A stretch of DNA of 46,432 bases from Macrostomum lignano (taxonomy: Eukaryota), in NCBI GenBank assembly GCA_002269645.1, contig NIVC01001719.1, forward strand, positions 1 to 46,432, in the 5' to 3' direction. The notes beneath the pieces were generated by a model. It was not told where the DNA came from. It saw only the letters and a list, made by a program, of their open reading frames with translations, and did not search any database. The position numbers were made by a program, and so were the translations under genes. This document shows positions 36,222 to 46,432 of the stretch, piece by piece. Position 1 is the stretch's first letter. Every line of letters starts with the position of its first letter.

Positions 36222-38303
36222 TCACTCGGCTTTCTCAGCCTCCCCCGCAGTCCAGTCCCTCAGGCACTGCCAGCCCTGCCCCGGCTGCAGCAGCTGGCGC
36301 ACATTGATATTAACCCGAGTCAGCCGCAGGTAGCGCCGCATCAGGCGGCACTGCTCAGTCTGTGAGCAGGCCGCAGCCCCACTTTCGGCACCGCTTCGAT
36401 CCTCGTCGCAGCAGCAGCAGCAGTCGGGTCCGGCCGCACGGCCAGAAGTGCCGGGAAACACCCTGGCCACAGAGTGGTAGAACTGCCTGGACTGGCCGGT
36501 CATCACGATCACGTCTCCGTGTCCGAGCAGCACCGGGATTGGCGCCAGAGACTCCGGACAGAGCCGGTCGGGACCGGCCAGCAGGTAAGCGGCGGATAGG
36601 CCGACGCTCAGGCTGACCAGGGGAGCCGCCATGTAGGGCTCGGCGGTGTCCAGGTGGAAGCACATGCTGTGGCCGGGGTGGTAGTAGTTCACAATGCCCG
36701 CCTGGGCTGCGTACCGCCGCCCGGTCCAGGCGCCTGGGGGATTATAAGCGAGATTGCCTACTGAAGAGTAGCAAGGAGAGAATTTTGAGCGAATGAGAGT
36801 ACGATAACTCACTGCCATTCGGATTAGGGTTCAGGTTAGGGTTCAGGCTAGGGTTTAGGTTAGGGTTCAGGTTAGGGTTTAGGTTAGGGTTCAGGTTAGG
36901 GTTTAGGTTAGGGTTCAGGCTAGGTTTCAGGTTAGGGTTTAGGTTAGGGTTCAGGCTAGGTTTCAGGTTAGGGTTCAGGCTAGGGTTTAGGTTAGGGTTC
37001 AGGTTAGGGTTTAGGTTAGGGTTCAGGCTAGGTTTCAGGTTAGGGTTCAGGTTAGGGTTTAGGTTAGGGTTCAGGCTAGGGTTCAGGTTAGGGTTTAGGT
37101 TAGGGTTTAGGCTAGGGTTCAGGCTCGGGTTTAGGCTAGGGTTTAGGTTAGGGTTCAGGCTAGGGTTCAGGTTAGGGTTTAGGCTAGGGTTTAAGTTAAA
37201 GTTAGGATTTAGGTTAGGGTATGAAGTCAATTGTGGTAGGCACCGAAGTGAAGGTGTGTAATTCCAGAGTTGAGGTCCTTGCTCCTGGCCAATAGAGAGT
37301 TCGAATCACATTTCTGGAAACGAATCTATAAGTAAACAGAAAATATTCGCAGGGATCCCAGAATAGCTTTCTAGGTAGTTTATTGGTATTTCCCAACAGA
37401 ATCTACCCGGAAATCAATTGGGATTTCTCAATAGAGTCGCTCACCAGTGAGGTCGCAGAGCTGAGCTGCCAGGTCAGCCAGACAGCCGGGAATCTGTGGC
37501 GGCTCCCAGCCGGCGTCGTCAGCCTGCGGCACTCTGTATCTCCTCGCCGTCCAGTTGTACTGCGCACCCAGCGTCGTCCATCGCAGCTTGTACAACCAGC
37601 TGGAGGCGAACAGCCGATCGTCTGGTTCGTCAACGAATTTGATTGCGTCATCGAATAGCAGTGCCGGCCTGTCAGGCTCGATGTCCAAGTTGGTCCGGCG
37701 CCGCTCGCAGTCCAAGTCGTCGTCGATGGCACCAGCGTCGGCTGGACGACCCCGGCCGGGCCAGCGGCGAACAGCGTCGGCGGCCAGGCGGGTCGGAAGG
37801 TCGGCGGCGTCAGAACGGGCCGGCGGCAGAAACGGATTGGGCAGGCAGTAGAAACCGTTGGGGTACTGCAGCACCTGCAGATGCGGGAGCGGAGGGACAG
37901 CGGCTCTTTTTTAGCGCGGCTTTGCTCTCTTCTTTTAGGGGAAGATTTTTCAAAAGGAATTTCGAAGACATCTAATGATTTCTGAGAAAGGACAATTTCG
38001 AAAAGACACGAGATTCCAAGAAACAGGATAATTTTGTAATAAACACGAAGTTTTCTGAGAAACAGCAGTTTACGCGCTACTTATAGTAAGCTATATAGCA
38101 AATAGCTCCCCAACCTCAATAAATTCCTTCAGCGAAGCGTCAGACGACTGCGGCCGCGGCACCTGGAACCTGACCGCCTTGATGGCGGCCGCCCGTTCCG
38201 CGCAGTCGCGAAATTGCGCGTAGTTCATCGCGCGGTAACGCTTGAAGGCCAACTTCAAAGGGTCGCCGCCAGCATCGTTACACTGACCAGCCTCCTCCAT
38301 CAT
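36222..38303 (-). CDS. ALKBH1: AlkB homolog 1 (Fe(II)/2OG nucleic-acid dioxygenase), ~385 aa; exons 38303-38115, 37874-37445, 36760-36222
   Basis: [47 protein letters not shown] and RVNINVRQ match ALKBH1 landmarks; introns GT-AG, phases 0 and 1 consistent. Confidence 0.92.
36822..37220 (+). repeat. Telomere-like degenerate array (TTAGGG/TTCAGG/TTTAGG/CTAGGG)
   Basis: About 65 hexamers, mostly as 12-bp TTAGGG+TT(C/T)AGG dimers, in ALKBH1 intron 2. Confidence 0.9.
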
Positions 38304-38316
38304 CACCACGATGATG

Positions 38317-38894
38317 TCAGGCTCGCCACAGGTGAACCAGCTCTCTGCGGTAGAAGTCCTCCACCGAGTCCTTGTCTGCAATGAGGTCGCGTAGGCCCGC
38401 TGCTACAGGCGGGTCGCTGGTTAGCAACCGGTTGCCAAGGCAACAAGTCAGCGAGTCCAAATCGTTGCTAAGCAACCGCTCCAGTGAATCGAAGCCCAAG
38501 CACACTTGTACGGGATTTTCCCAGACTGCACTAGTTGTCAACGCAACCACTTGGTTGCTAGGCAAACTTGAAATCAGTCGACGCGCCGGTTCAAACAGCT
38601 GGCGCTCGAACTCGCGACCTAGCTCGGTCAGGCGCAGCAGAACCCGATTGCAGGCCAGCAGGCGGTCGAAGAACTCGCGTTCGAGTTCGAGCTCCGTTCG
38701 CTCGACCAGCTGGGCCTCCTCGGCAACCGCGGGATTGGACGGCGAGGCTGCGGCGGCCGAAGGCGAAGCCAACGGCGATTGACGCGATTGAGTCGGCGAC
38801 ACTCGGTGACGAGCTGGGCGCGGGACTGGCCGTATTGCTGGGCGAGACTGCGAAGGGGCTGCCGGGCTTCGCGAAAGAAATCCCGGGCCGACTG
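38317..38894 (-). CDS. Unidentified ORF, predicted helical/coiled-coil C-terminal part (..EAQLVERTELELEREFFDRLL..LVHLWRA*)
   Basis: GC-rich open frame 38317-38802 extending to a CCCTTCCTGCCATCCCCAG acceptor at 38895; no family recognised. Confidence 0.55.
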
Positions 38895-38914
38895 CTGGGG
38901 ATGGCAGGAAGGGA

Positions 38915-39242
38915 TCTAGCTGCTGCCCTGGATGCTGCGCCTGAGATCTAGCTGCTGCCCTGGATGCTGCGCCTGAGATCTAGCTGCTGCCCTGGATGCT
39001 GTGCCTGAGATCTAGCTCCTGCCTTGGATGCTGTGCCTGAGATCTAGCTGCTGCCCTGGATGCTGCGCCTGAGATGTAGCTGCTGCCCTGGATGCTGTGC
39101 CTGAGATCTAGCTGCTGTCCTGGATGCTGTGCCTGAGATCTAGCTGCTGCCCTGGATTCTGTGCCTGAGATCTAGCTGCTTCCCTGGATGCTGTGCCTGA
39201 GACCTAGCTGCTGTCCTGGATTCTGTGCCCGAGATGTAGCTG
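38915..39242. repeat. 32-bp minisatellite (GATCTAGCTGCTGCCCTGGATGCTGTGCCTGA)n
   Basis: About 10 copies. Confidence 0.93.
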
Positions 39243-39796
39243 GATGGATGCCTTTTACAGCATCTGAGTGCTCTAAACGCTCTGTTAGTATCCATCTAAA
39301 AAACTTTGAATCCAAAGCCAAAAACCTATGTACAGTACTTACGAACAGTATTACTTATGAGTAGCATACCAACGCACTTACATTTCATTATATTTAGCAG
39401 GAAATTACAAAAAACAAACTAGTCACGCAGCAGTGAGCAACACAACGGTAAGAGAATAAGACAACAAAGGTCAGTTCCGCTATACAAATGCTTGGCTTCA
39501 ATTTGCATATGCACATTGTAGCAATGAGGAACCACATCGACATGTTTGGAGAAACACGTCATTTCTAGGAATTTTTTAAGGCTGGCATTTCAAACCTTTT
39601 GATGAGAACTATGAAAACGTTTAGTCGGCCTTCAATACTCATAGAATTCTTATATCATATCGATATTACCATAGATTTTCCTAGAAAGGAAAATCGGGTT
39701 GAGTACTTTAAGTAGCCATTGTAGGACACAATTAACAACTATAGACAAATAAATCATCATAAATCATTGGGATCAATGCAACTATATCACCGCAAT

Positions 39797-41645
39797 TCAG
39801 TTTGTAGTCGATGGCGGATACTGATGATGATGGTAGCCCGCGCCGCTGCCGCCCGCCCCGCCGCCGCTGGCCCCAGGCGGTCGGTACTGAGGCGCCGCGA
39901 ACGGCGTCATGCCTTTGCCAGCGATGCCGCAGGTGCCGACGCCAACGCGGCCCTTCGGGTTGTCCGGCCCGGGCGTGGCGAAGATGCTCTTGCCGATGCG
40001 GCCCTGGCCATTCGGCGGGCGGGCGAGGTGTGGCATGAGACTATGGAGAGTCAGGGAAACAGGGAGAGTCAGGGAAACAGGGAGAGTCAAGGATAGAGGG
40101 TGACCCGCGACAGTCAGGGTCAGATGGGAGAGTCAGGGGCAGAGGCGGAGAGTCAGAGAAAAGGGAGAGTCAGGGTCAGAGGGGAGTCAGGGAAAGGGAG
40201 AGAGTTAGGGTCAGATGGGAGTGCCAGGTTCAGATGCGGAGAGTCAGGGACAGAGGGGAGAGTCAGGGTCAGAGGGGAGAGTCAGGGAAAAGGGAGAGTC
40301 AGGGACAGAGGCGGAGAGTCAGGGAAAAGGGAGAGTCAGGGTCAGAGGGGAGAGTCAGATAAAGGGGGGAGAGTCAGGGTCAGAAGGGAGAGTCAGGGAC
40401 TGAGGGGGAGTCAGGGTCAGAGGGGAGAGTCAGGGACTGAGGGGGAGTCAGGGGTCAGAAGGGAGAGTCAGGGACTGAGGGGGAGTCAGGGTAAGAAGGG
40501 AGAGTCAGAGACTGAGGGGGAGTCAGGGGTCAGAAGGGAGAGTCAGGGACTGAGGGGGAGTCAGGGGTCAGAAGGGAGAGTCAGGGACTGAGGGGGAGTC
40601 AGGGGTCAGAGGGGAGAGTCAAGGACGGAGGGCAGAGTCATGCAGAGCAGCCGAGCGGAAGCGACAGCAGCCAACTCACCTGTTTTTTAATCTTCTTAGA
40701 GAAGCTCTGCCAGGACTTTTTCTCCTGCTCGACAACGGCCTCCATCTCTTTCTCCCTCTCGGCCCGCTTGGCCACTTTGCGCATCTTGGCCTCCAGCGCC
40801 TTCGTCCGCTCCTCTCGGCGTCGCTTCTTAGCTGCCTGCGCGTTGCTGCCCTGCGCTGTGAGGGAGGCGGCGCCGGACTCGGAGCCGTGCACGTCGGCTC
40901 CCGGCTTGGCTCCGTCTGCGAGCGGCTTCAACAGGCTGACCTGAGGGTTGGGGAGAGTCAGCAGTCACAGCAGGTCACTAATTGAGAGGTGACAGTCACA
41001 GATGACTAATTGAGGTGACAGTCACAGCAGGTCACTAATTGAGAGGTGACAGTCACAGATGACTAATTGAGGTGACAGTCACAGCAGGTCACTAATTGAG
41101 AGGTGACAGTCACAGATGACTAATTGAGGTGACAGTCACAGCAGGTCACTAATTGAGAGGTGACAGTCACAGATGACTAATTGAGGTGACAGTCACAGCA
41201 GGTCACTAATTGAGAGGTGACAGTCACAGATGACTAATTGAGGTGACAGACATCAGGTGACTAATTGAGAGGTGACAGTCACAGATGACAGAGTTGATCA
41301 CAAAGGACAGAGTTGATGGTCACAGCAGGTAAATTGAATTGTAAAACCCAGAACAATTACCTGGCACTGTTCGGCGTGGCTGCCAGAGGGCAGGTGGGCA
41401 AATGACACAAAGCAGGTGCCGTCCCGGCGAACCTCGGTGATCACAGCCGGGTAATACTGGCGGTCGCGGGCCCACAGGGCGGAGCAGTGGTCGCCGACCT
41501 TCCAGCCGAACGCTTCGCCAACTTCGACGGCTTCGCTGGGATCCCGGCCGAGTAGCTGCAGCGTCAGGCCGATGATCTCGTCCAGTTCGGTCTTCAGAGC
41601 CAGCAGCTCGGCGTTGTCCTTGTCCAGCTCCAGAGCTGCCTCCAC
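39797..41645 (-). CDS. SMNDC1: Splicing factor SPF30 (SMNDC1, Tudor domain); exons 41645-41361, 40940-40680, ~40003-39797; first exon not found
   Basis: VEAALELDKDNAELLALKTELDEII, Tudor WKVGDHCSALWARDRQYYPAVI, EQEKKSWQSF and KSIFATP..GRVGVGTCGIAGKGMT are SPF30 landmarks; last acceptor uncertain (40003 in phase, or ~40040). Confidence 0.92.
40045..40640. repeat. Purine-rich GGGAGAGTCAGGG-core minisatellite
   Basis: Fills an SPF30 intron. Confidence 0.9.
40962..41290. repeat. 57-bp dimeric minisatellite (31+26 bp subunits)
   Basis: GTGACAGTCACAGCAGGTCACTAATTGAGAG + GTGACAGTCACAGATGACTAATTGAG, ~5.5 copies. Confidence 0.93.
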
Positions 41646-42311
41646 CTGGGTGTGTCAGAATGTCAGGAGCTGGTCTGTCATCATGTCATGCTACCCTGGG
41701 ACTTATGCACAAGAATTGGCCTGAGGCTCAGTGCAATCCTTGGTTATTATTGCCAACCCCAAGGCACAATGTGTACATATTCAGAGGCGAGTGGAATAAG
41801 CCTAATGTAGGATTATGCCATGTAGGATACCATGGCGTAGATGAGTCAATACCAGAGAATAGGGGTAGCTTTGTTGCCATCTCAGGCTACCCAAGCCACT
41901 AATATGCTAGTCAGAAATGCCTATAGCCAAGATGCAAAAAGTAATCTAGCTGCCAGATGCTTTTATAAGACACTTAATATTTAGCTTTTTGCAAGATGAT
42001 GAAGACCATAGCAGCCCTAATAACCACTAGCATAGCATCAAGGATGCCCAGTAGCTCATACCATCTTTATTAGCTTATTATAACCTAATATACTAACTTT
42101 AACAAATATGCAATGAGTAGCAATGAGACTTTTATAGCTTAGAACAATACTTGCTTATTAGACTTAATTGGATACAATACTAATAAGCCTAGCCAATGTT
42201 CTACTATTTGAAGAATTGCACTAATACCCAATAAGGTAACTGCAATGGTTTAATACAATGCTAAGACTAGAAGCTTTATCAATAGATAGACTAAGATACC
42301 AATACTATATA

Positions 42312-42525
42312 TGTTGTATATTAGCAGAGAAGACACAGAGTATGCTCCAGCCCAATGTTTTGTTGTCTAGTGCACAACCCATTATTTTATAATAAAGTAG
42401 TTACAAGATTAATCCCAAGAGGAGTTTGTATCAACCGGAGCAAAACGATAGCTCGAACCGCTTAAGCGAACCATTGTCTTCTTACTTAAATGTAGCAGCT
42501 CCACGTCGGAGAAGAAGACATAACA
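42312..42525 (+). repeat. 5' LTR
   Basis: TGTTGTATATTAGC..AAGACATAACA. Confidence 0.95.
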
Positions 42526-44319
42526 ATGGCGACGAGTGTAAAAATCGGAGAGTTCGACGTGGCTAAACCGGATCAATGGGAAGCTTATGAAGAACGACTC
42601 GAGCAGTTTCTCGTCGTAAACAAAGTGACCGAGGAGGCACATAAGCGAGCAAATCTGATTACAGTGATTGGTAATGACTGTTATCAATTGCTACGCAACC
42701 TGCTATCGCCTAAGAAGCCAAAGGATGTGGCGTACGACGAACAAGTAAAGACGCTGAGGGAACACTTCAACCCAAAGCCGAAGATTGTCGTCGAGCGGTA
42801 CAACTTCCACAGCAGAGTCCAACTCGAAGGAGAAACAGTGAGTGACTTTGTTGCAAGTCTGCGGAGGTTGGCAGCCACGTGTGGTTTTGACAAGTTCCTG
42901 GAGGAGGCACTGAGAGACAGGTTCGTCGTTGGCCTCAGGAACAGGCTCGTCCAGCAGCGATTGCTACAAGAAGAGACACTGACCCTGTCGGGTGCACTAA
43001 CGCTAGCGACTGCGATGGAAGCAGCAGAGCGAGGAGTCGTGACTATCACCTCCGCCACAGGAGTCGGTCATAGTGTCAATTTCTCGAAGGAAATTAACAA
43101 GCAATCAACTGCAGCGCAACATGGGAAAAGGAGCCGCGCCCAAGATGGATGTTTCCGCTGTAACGCGAAGGATCATTGGGCAAGGAGCTGTCCAAATAGG
43201 AATAAAACGTGCAGCAAATGCGGCCGAGTAGGACATCTTAAAGATGCATGCCGTACAAAGGACAAGGCAAAAGAGTCTGGAAGTGGCAGGTCAAAGCGAT
43301 TCAACTCTTCAAAACGTGGGAAGTCCGGTAAGGTGCATTACGCACGGAATTTCGACAGTGAGTCAGAAAGTGAGGGTTCGGACTGCAGTGGTCGAGACAA
43401 GCATTCCGAGATCAGGACTGTGTTTGCTACAGGAATGGCTGGCTTTAGTGGATCAGCACCGTATATGTGCGAGTTAAATATAAATGGGCATTTTGTAAAT
43501 TTCCAACTGGATACTGGCGCAGACAAGACCCTTATTAACGAAAATACTGGCAAGAAACTTGGCTTAAGGTGGTCTAAATCTAATGTTAGACTGTCAAGTT
43601 ACACAGATCATCTCATACCAGTTCTGGGCGAAGCTAATGTTACCGTAACTAACTATCAGGAAAGACAGTATCAACTAACTGCGCTTGTTGTGAAGGGAGA
43701 CAGAGTGAATCTTCTAGGTCGGGACTGGCTCTCTTTGTTGAAAACTGACTGGAGCAAGTTTGCCCATGTGAAAACAACAACGTTGGTTCCACCTATCGAG
43801 CGATTAATGAAGAAGTATGATCAAGTGTTTGCTGAAAGCCTTGGCACTATCAAAGGGTTAAAGGCCAGAATACTGTTGAAAGAAAACTTTATTCCAAAGT
43901 TTTGCAAGAGTCGACCGGTGCCATTTGTGATCAAAAGCCTCATTGAAGAGGAGCTGGCGAATTTGCAAGCTCAAGGCATAATAAAAAAAGTGAGCGCATC
44001 AGACTTTGCATCTCCGATTGTCCCAGTTTTGAAGCGCGATGGAAAATCCGTAAGGATTTGCGCTGATTTCAAGAGAACCGTTAATCCTTAATTGGAGGTT
44101 GACAAGTACCCTCTGCCGAAACCGGAAGAAATTTTCGCAACTCTGAATGGTGGAAGAGTCTTCTCGAAATTGGATATTTCGCAAGCGTTTTTACAACCGG
44201 AACTGGAGGATTCGTGCAAAAAGTTCGCTACAATTAACACACATCTGGGTTTGTTCCAATACGAGCGACTAACAATGGGTCTGGCATCAGCCCCTGCGCA
44301 ATTTCAAGAAGCAAATTGA
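42526..44319 (+). pseudogene. gag-protease-RT(N-terminal) polyprotein remnant
   Basis: Gag WEAYEERLEQF; two CCHC knuckles (CFRCNAKDHWARSC, CSKCGRVGHLKDAC); protease FQLDTGAD; RT RICADFK, KLDISQAF; in-frame TAA at 44089-44091; RT YxDD, RNase H and integrase absent. Confidence 0.92.
42527..42536 (+). promoter_or_regulatory. Primer-binding site TGGCGACGAG (tRNA-Ser(GCU)-like), overlapping the gag ATG
   Basis: Starts 1 nt after the LTR; complementary to a tRNA 3' end ..CUCGUCGCCA, as recalled for Ser(GCU) tRNAs. Confidence 0.75.
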
Positions 44320-44396
44320 GAAAACCGGATTGGTTGCAATACAGTGAATAATTCCGGATAACTGACAATGCAACGTTTTATTGACAAAAGGGGGAA

Positions 44397-44610
44397 TGTT
44401 GTATATTAGCAGAGAAGACACAGAGTATGCTCCAGCCCAATGTTTTGTTGTCTAGGGCACAACCCATTATTTTATAATAAAGTAGTTACAAGATGAATCC
44501 CAAGAGGAGTTTGTATCAACCGGAGCAAAACGATAGCTCGAACTGCTTAAGCGAACCATTGTCTTCTTACTTAAATGTAGCAGCTCCACGTCGGAGAAGA
44601 AGACATAACA
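44397..44610 (+). repeat. 3' LTR
   Basis: Direct repeat of 42312-42525; preceded by PPT AAAAGGGGGAA at 44386-44396. Confidence 0.95.
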
Positions 44611-45054
44611 ATATAGTTGCCCAATATTGAGATTTATTGGATCCTCATAGTTTGACTAGCTAACCTTTTGAGATATGCCTACTCTATGTAAATTTTAATT
44701 TTAATATGTATGAAATGACTTTGCATTTAATATTAATGTTAATTTTGTAGTTTCTCTTATTTCAATTACTAAATTCCTGTACACTTTTTAAGAGTTAAAT
44801 TATTTTTTTGAAAACAATTGTGACATTGACCCGCCTGGCTGTTGTAATCCGGTTTTCATCCGGAGCGACGTCCGGAATTTCATCCGGTACGTAATACAAA
44901 TGTCCCATTTAAAAACCGGATGAGAGCCAGATGAAAAGTTTACAAACTGGATGAAAACATGCATATTTGACCTTTCATCCGGGTGTTCAACCAACATTAG
45001 TCCGGAAATTCATCCGGGAAGCTATCCGGAAAGCCGCGGAGAACAGGGCGGAGC

Positions 45055-45285
45055 AAATTCCGGGTGAATGCCGGATCAAATGTATGCACGCCTCCACCGG
45101 ATGAGAAACCGGACGAAATTCCGGATGAATGCCGGATCAAATGTATGCACGCCTCCACCGGATGAGAAACCGGACGAAATTCCGGATGAATGCCAGATCA
45201 AATGTATGCACGCCTCCACCGGATGAGAAACCGGACAAGATTCCGGATGAATGCCAGATCAAATGTATGCACATGTCTACCGGAT
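45055..45285. repeat. 61-bp tandem repeat, ~4 copies, inside a CCGGA-rich block (44830-45290)
   Basis: TTCCGGATGAATGCCGGATCAAATGTATGCACGCCTCCACCGGATGAGAAACCGGACGAAA. Confidence 0.85.
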
Positions 45286-46432
45286 GGTAAAGCAGATGAC
45301 ATGTTAAAGAACTAAGTAAGGTTGACAACAAGACGAAATCTTTTGAAAACGTAAGAAAACAAATTGCTGGAAACACCTCAAAGAAAGCAAGGTATATTGC
45401 ACTTGCACAGAGGGTGGCCAACCTCTAATTCACTGTGCTGGATAGAGTAGTGGAAGCTGAATATATTGAAACTGAAGATAATTGTTAAAGTTGCATGTCG
45501 CTAAAAATGCAAATACACAAGACATGCTTGAGTCAAAAATAGAATGGCAAAACTTCACATTGGGTGGACAAATCAGGAGAAATGGAGAATGAGACGACAC
45601 AGTCTTTTGGACGGCTACAAATTAGTACCAGGCAGAAAAACTAGAAATTTCACAGAAGAAAAACTTCCAGCTATACGAAGAAACAGGCGCAGAAAAAAAA
45701 CTCGCTTATAAAATTGGGGACAACAGAAAAAATAGCGACATATACATTTTTCCATACTGGGAGTGAAACAGAAAGTGTCAACAGAAAACCAGAAATGCAG
45801 ACCAGAGGGCGATATTACCTATCTGCAGAACAGTGATTACTGTACACGTTAGTAACGTTAAGTAACGTTACTGTTCTAAAACACCCACCATGATGTACAG
45901 ATTGCAGGCGATGGGTACATCGTGCACTTTACATACTGCAGAATTTTTGAGGAATTTTTGTCCTCATGATATGCTACTGTCTAATCGAGCACATGCTCTT
46001 AAGACCCCTAGGCGCTACATATTTGATTCGTGACCAATAGACCAAAACACAGCAGCTACTTAAATGAAGAAAAAGTGAAAAACATTCACTATAGCAATTT
46101 TGCCAATGCTTACTTATTGTCCAAATAGCAATTCTCGTTTTAATTCATTCCAGCTAATTCAAGCAGCACATTTTCATCTTAAATCGACATCATCATCAAT
46201 CATACGTTGTAGGGATGATTGAAATGGTATTACCCTATTTGTCTGGGCTAGTGGCCTTCCTTGCTACTGCCAGTTGCTTTCCACCCAGGTAGAAAATATA
46301 AAAACACAAGAAAAAGCTAAATTGGGCTGTTTATTTAAGTTTAACACAGAAAAGGGATGACTTCTTAAAAAACACAATAACACAGCTATTTTCAAAAAGC
46401 ACAGAAAAACACAAATAACACAGCAGTGGTCA

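Larger units (their letters stand above)
42312..44610 (+). mobile_element. Internally deleted Ty3/Gypsy (Mag-like) LTR retrotransposon, 2,299 bp
   Basis: 214-bp LTRs TG..CA with 3 mismatches; 5-bp TSD ATATA at 42307-42311 and 44611-44615; PBS, PPT, gag-PR and partial RT present. Confidence 0.95.

Noticed and set aside
36742-37230. (NPNL)n ORF and a chromosome-end interpretation
   Set aside because: Reverse translation of the telomere-like array; it is flanked by in-phase ALKBH1 exons, so it is interstitial.
38915-39242. Array as a coding SQAQHPGQQLD repeat upstream of the unknown ORF
   Set aside because: The unit is 32 bp, so the frame shifts each copy and hits TAG.
1642-45285. Regular repeats as a possible CRISPR array
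   Set aside because: Units are head-to-tail with no unique spacers, there are no cas genes, and the DNA is eukaryotic.
44611-46432. Search for SPF30 exon 1 (expected to end ..LQQ|GT) and for tRNA/rRNA genes
   Set aside because: No convincing match found by eye; no RNA gene is recognisable anywhere in the window.

Overview
Eukaryotic (metazoan invertebrate) genomic DNA. GC-rich poly-Q/A exons and minisatellite-filled introns resemble a free-living flatworm such as Macrostomum; this is an inference and was not verified. (1) 1642-16203 is a 14.6-kb Mutator-like (MULE) DNA transposon with long TIRs built from 70-bp subrepeats and a perfect 9-bp TSD (TTATTAATT). It encodes a spliced minus-strand transposase: N-terminal DNA-binding region, DDE core, SWIM finger, expanded (AERLAE)n spacer, RGRP motif and C-terminal PHD finger. 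A near full-length RTE-clade LINE (8784-12067) is inserted exactly at one of its splice acceptors, and about 5.5 kb of the element is unexplained cargo. (2) A minus-strand scratch-like C2H2 gene lies at about 20.7-26.6 kb. (3) A 5'-truncated I-group LINE with RNase H lies at 30.3-32.9 kb. (4) A tight minus-strand cluster holds SPF30/SMNDC1, an unknown ORF and ALKBH1, with only 13 nt between the unknown ORF stop and the ALKBH1 ATG. (5) An internally deleted Mag-type Gypsy element lies at 42312-44610. Roughly a fifth of the window is tandem repeat. All gene models were built by hand from splice signals and phase checks; no database searches were run.
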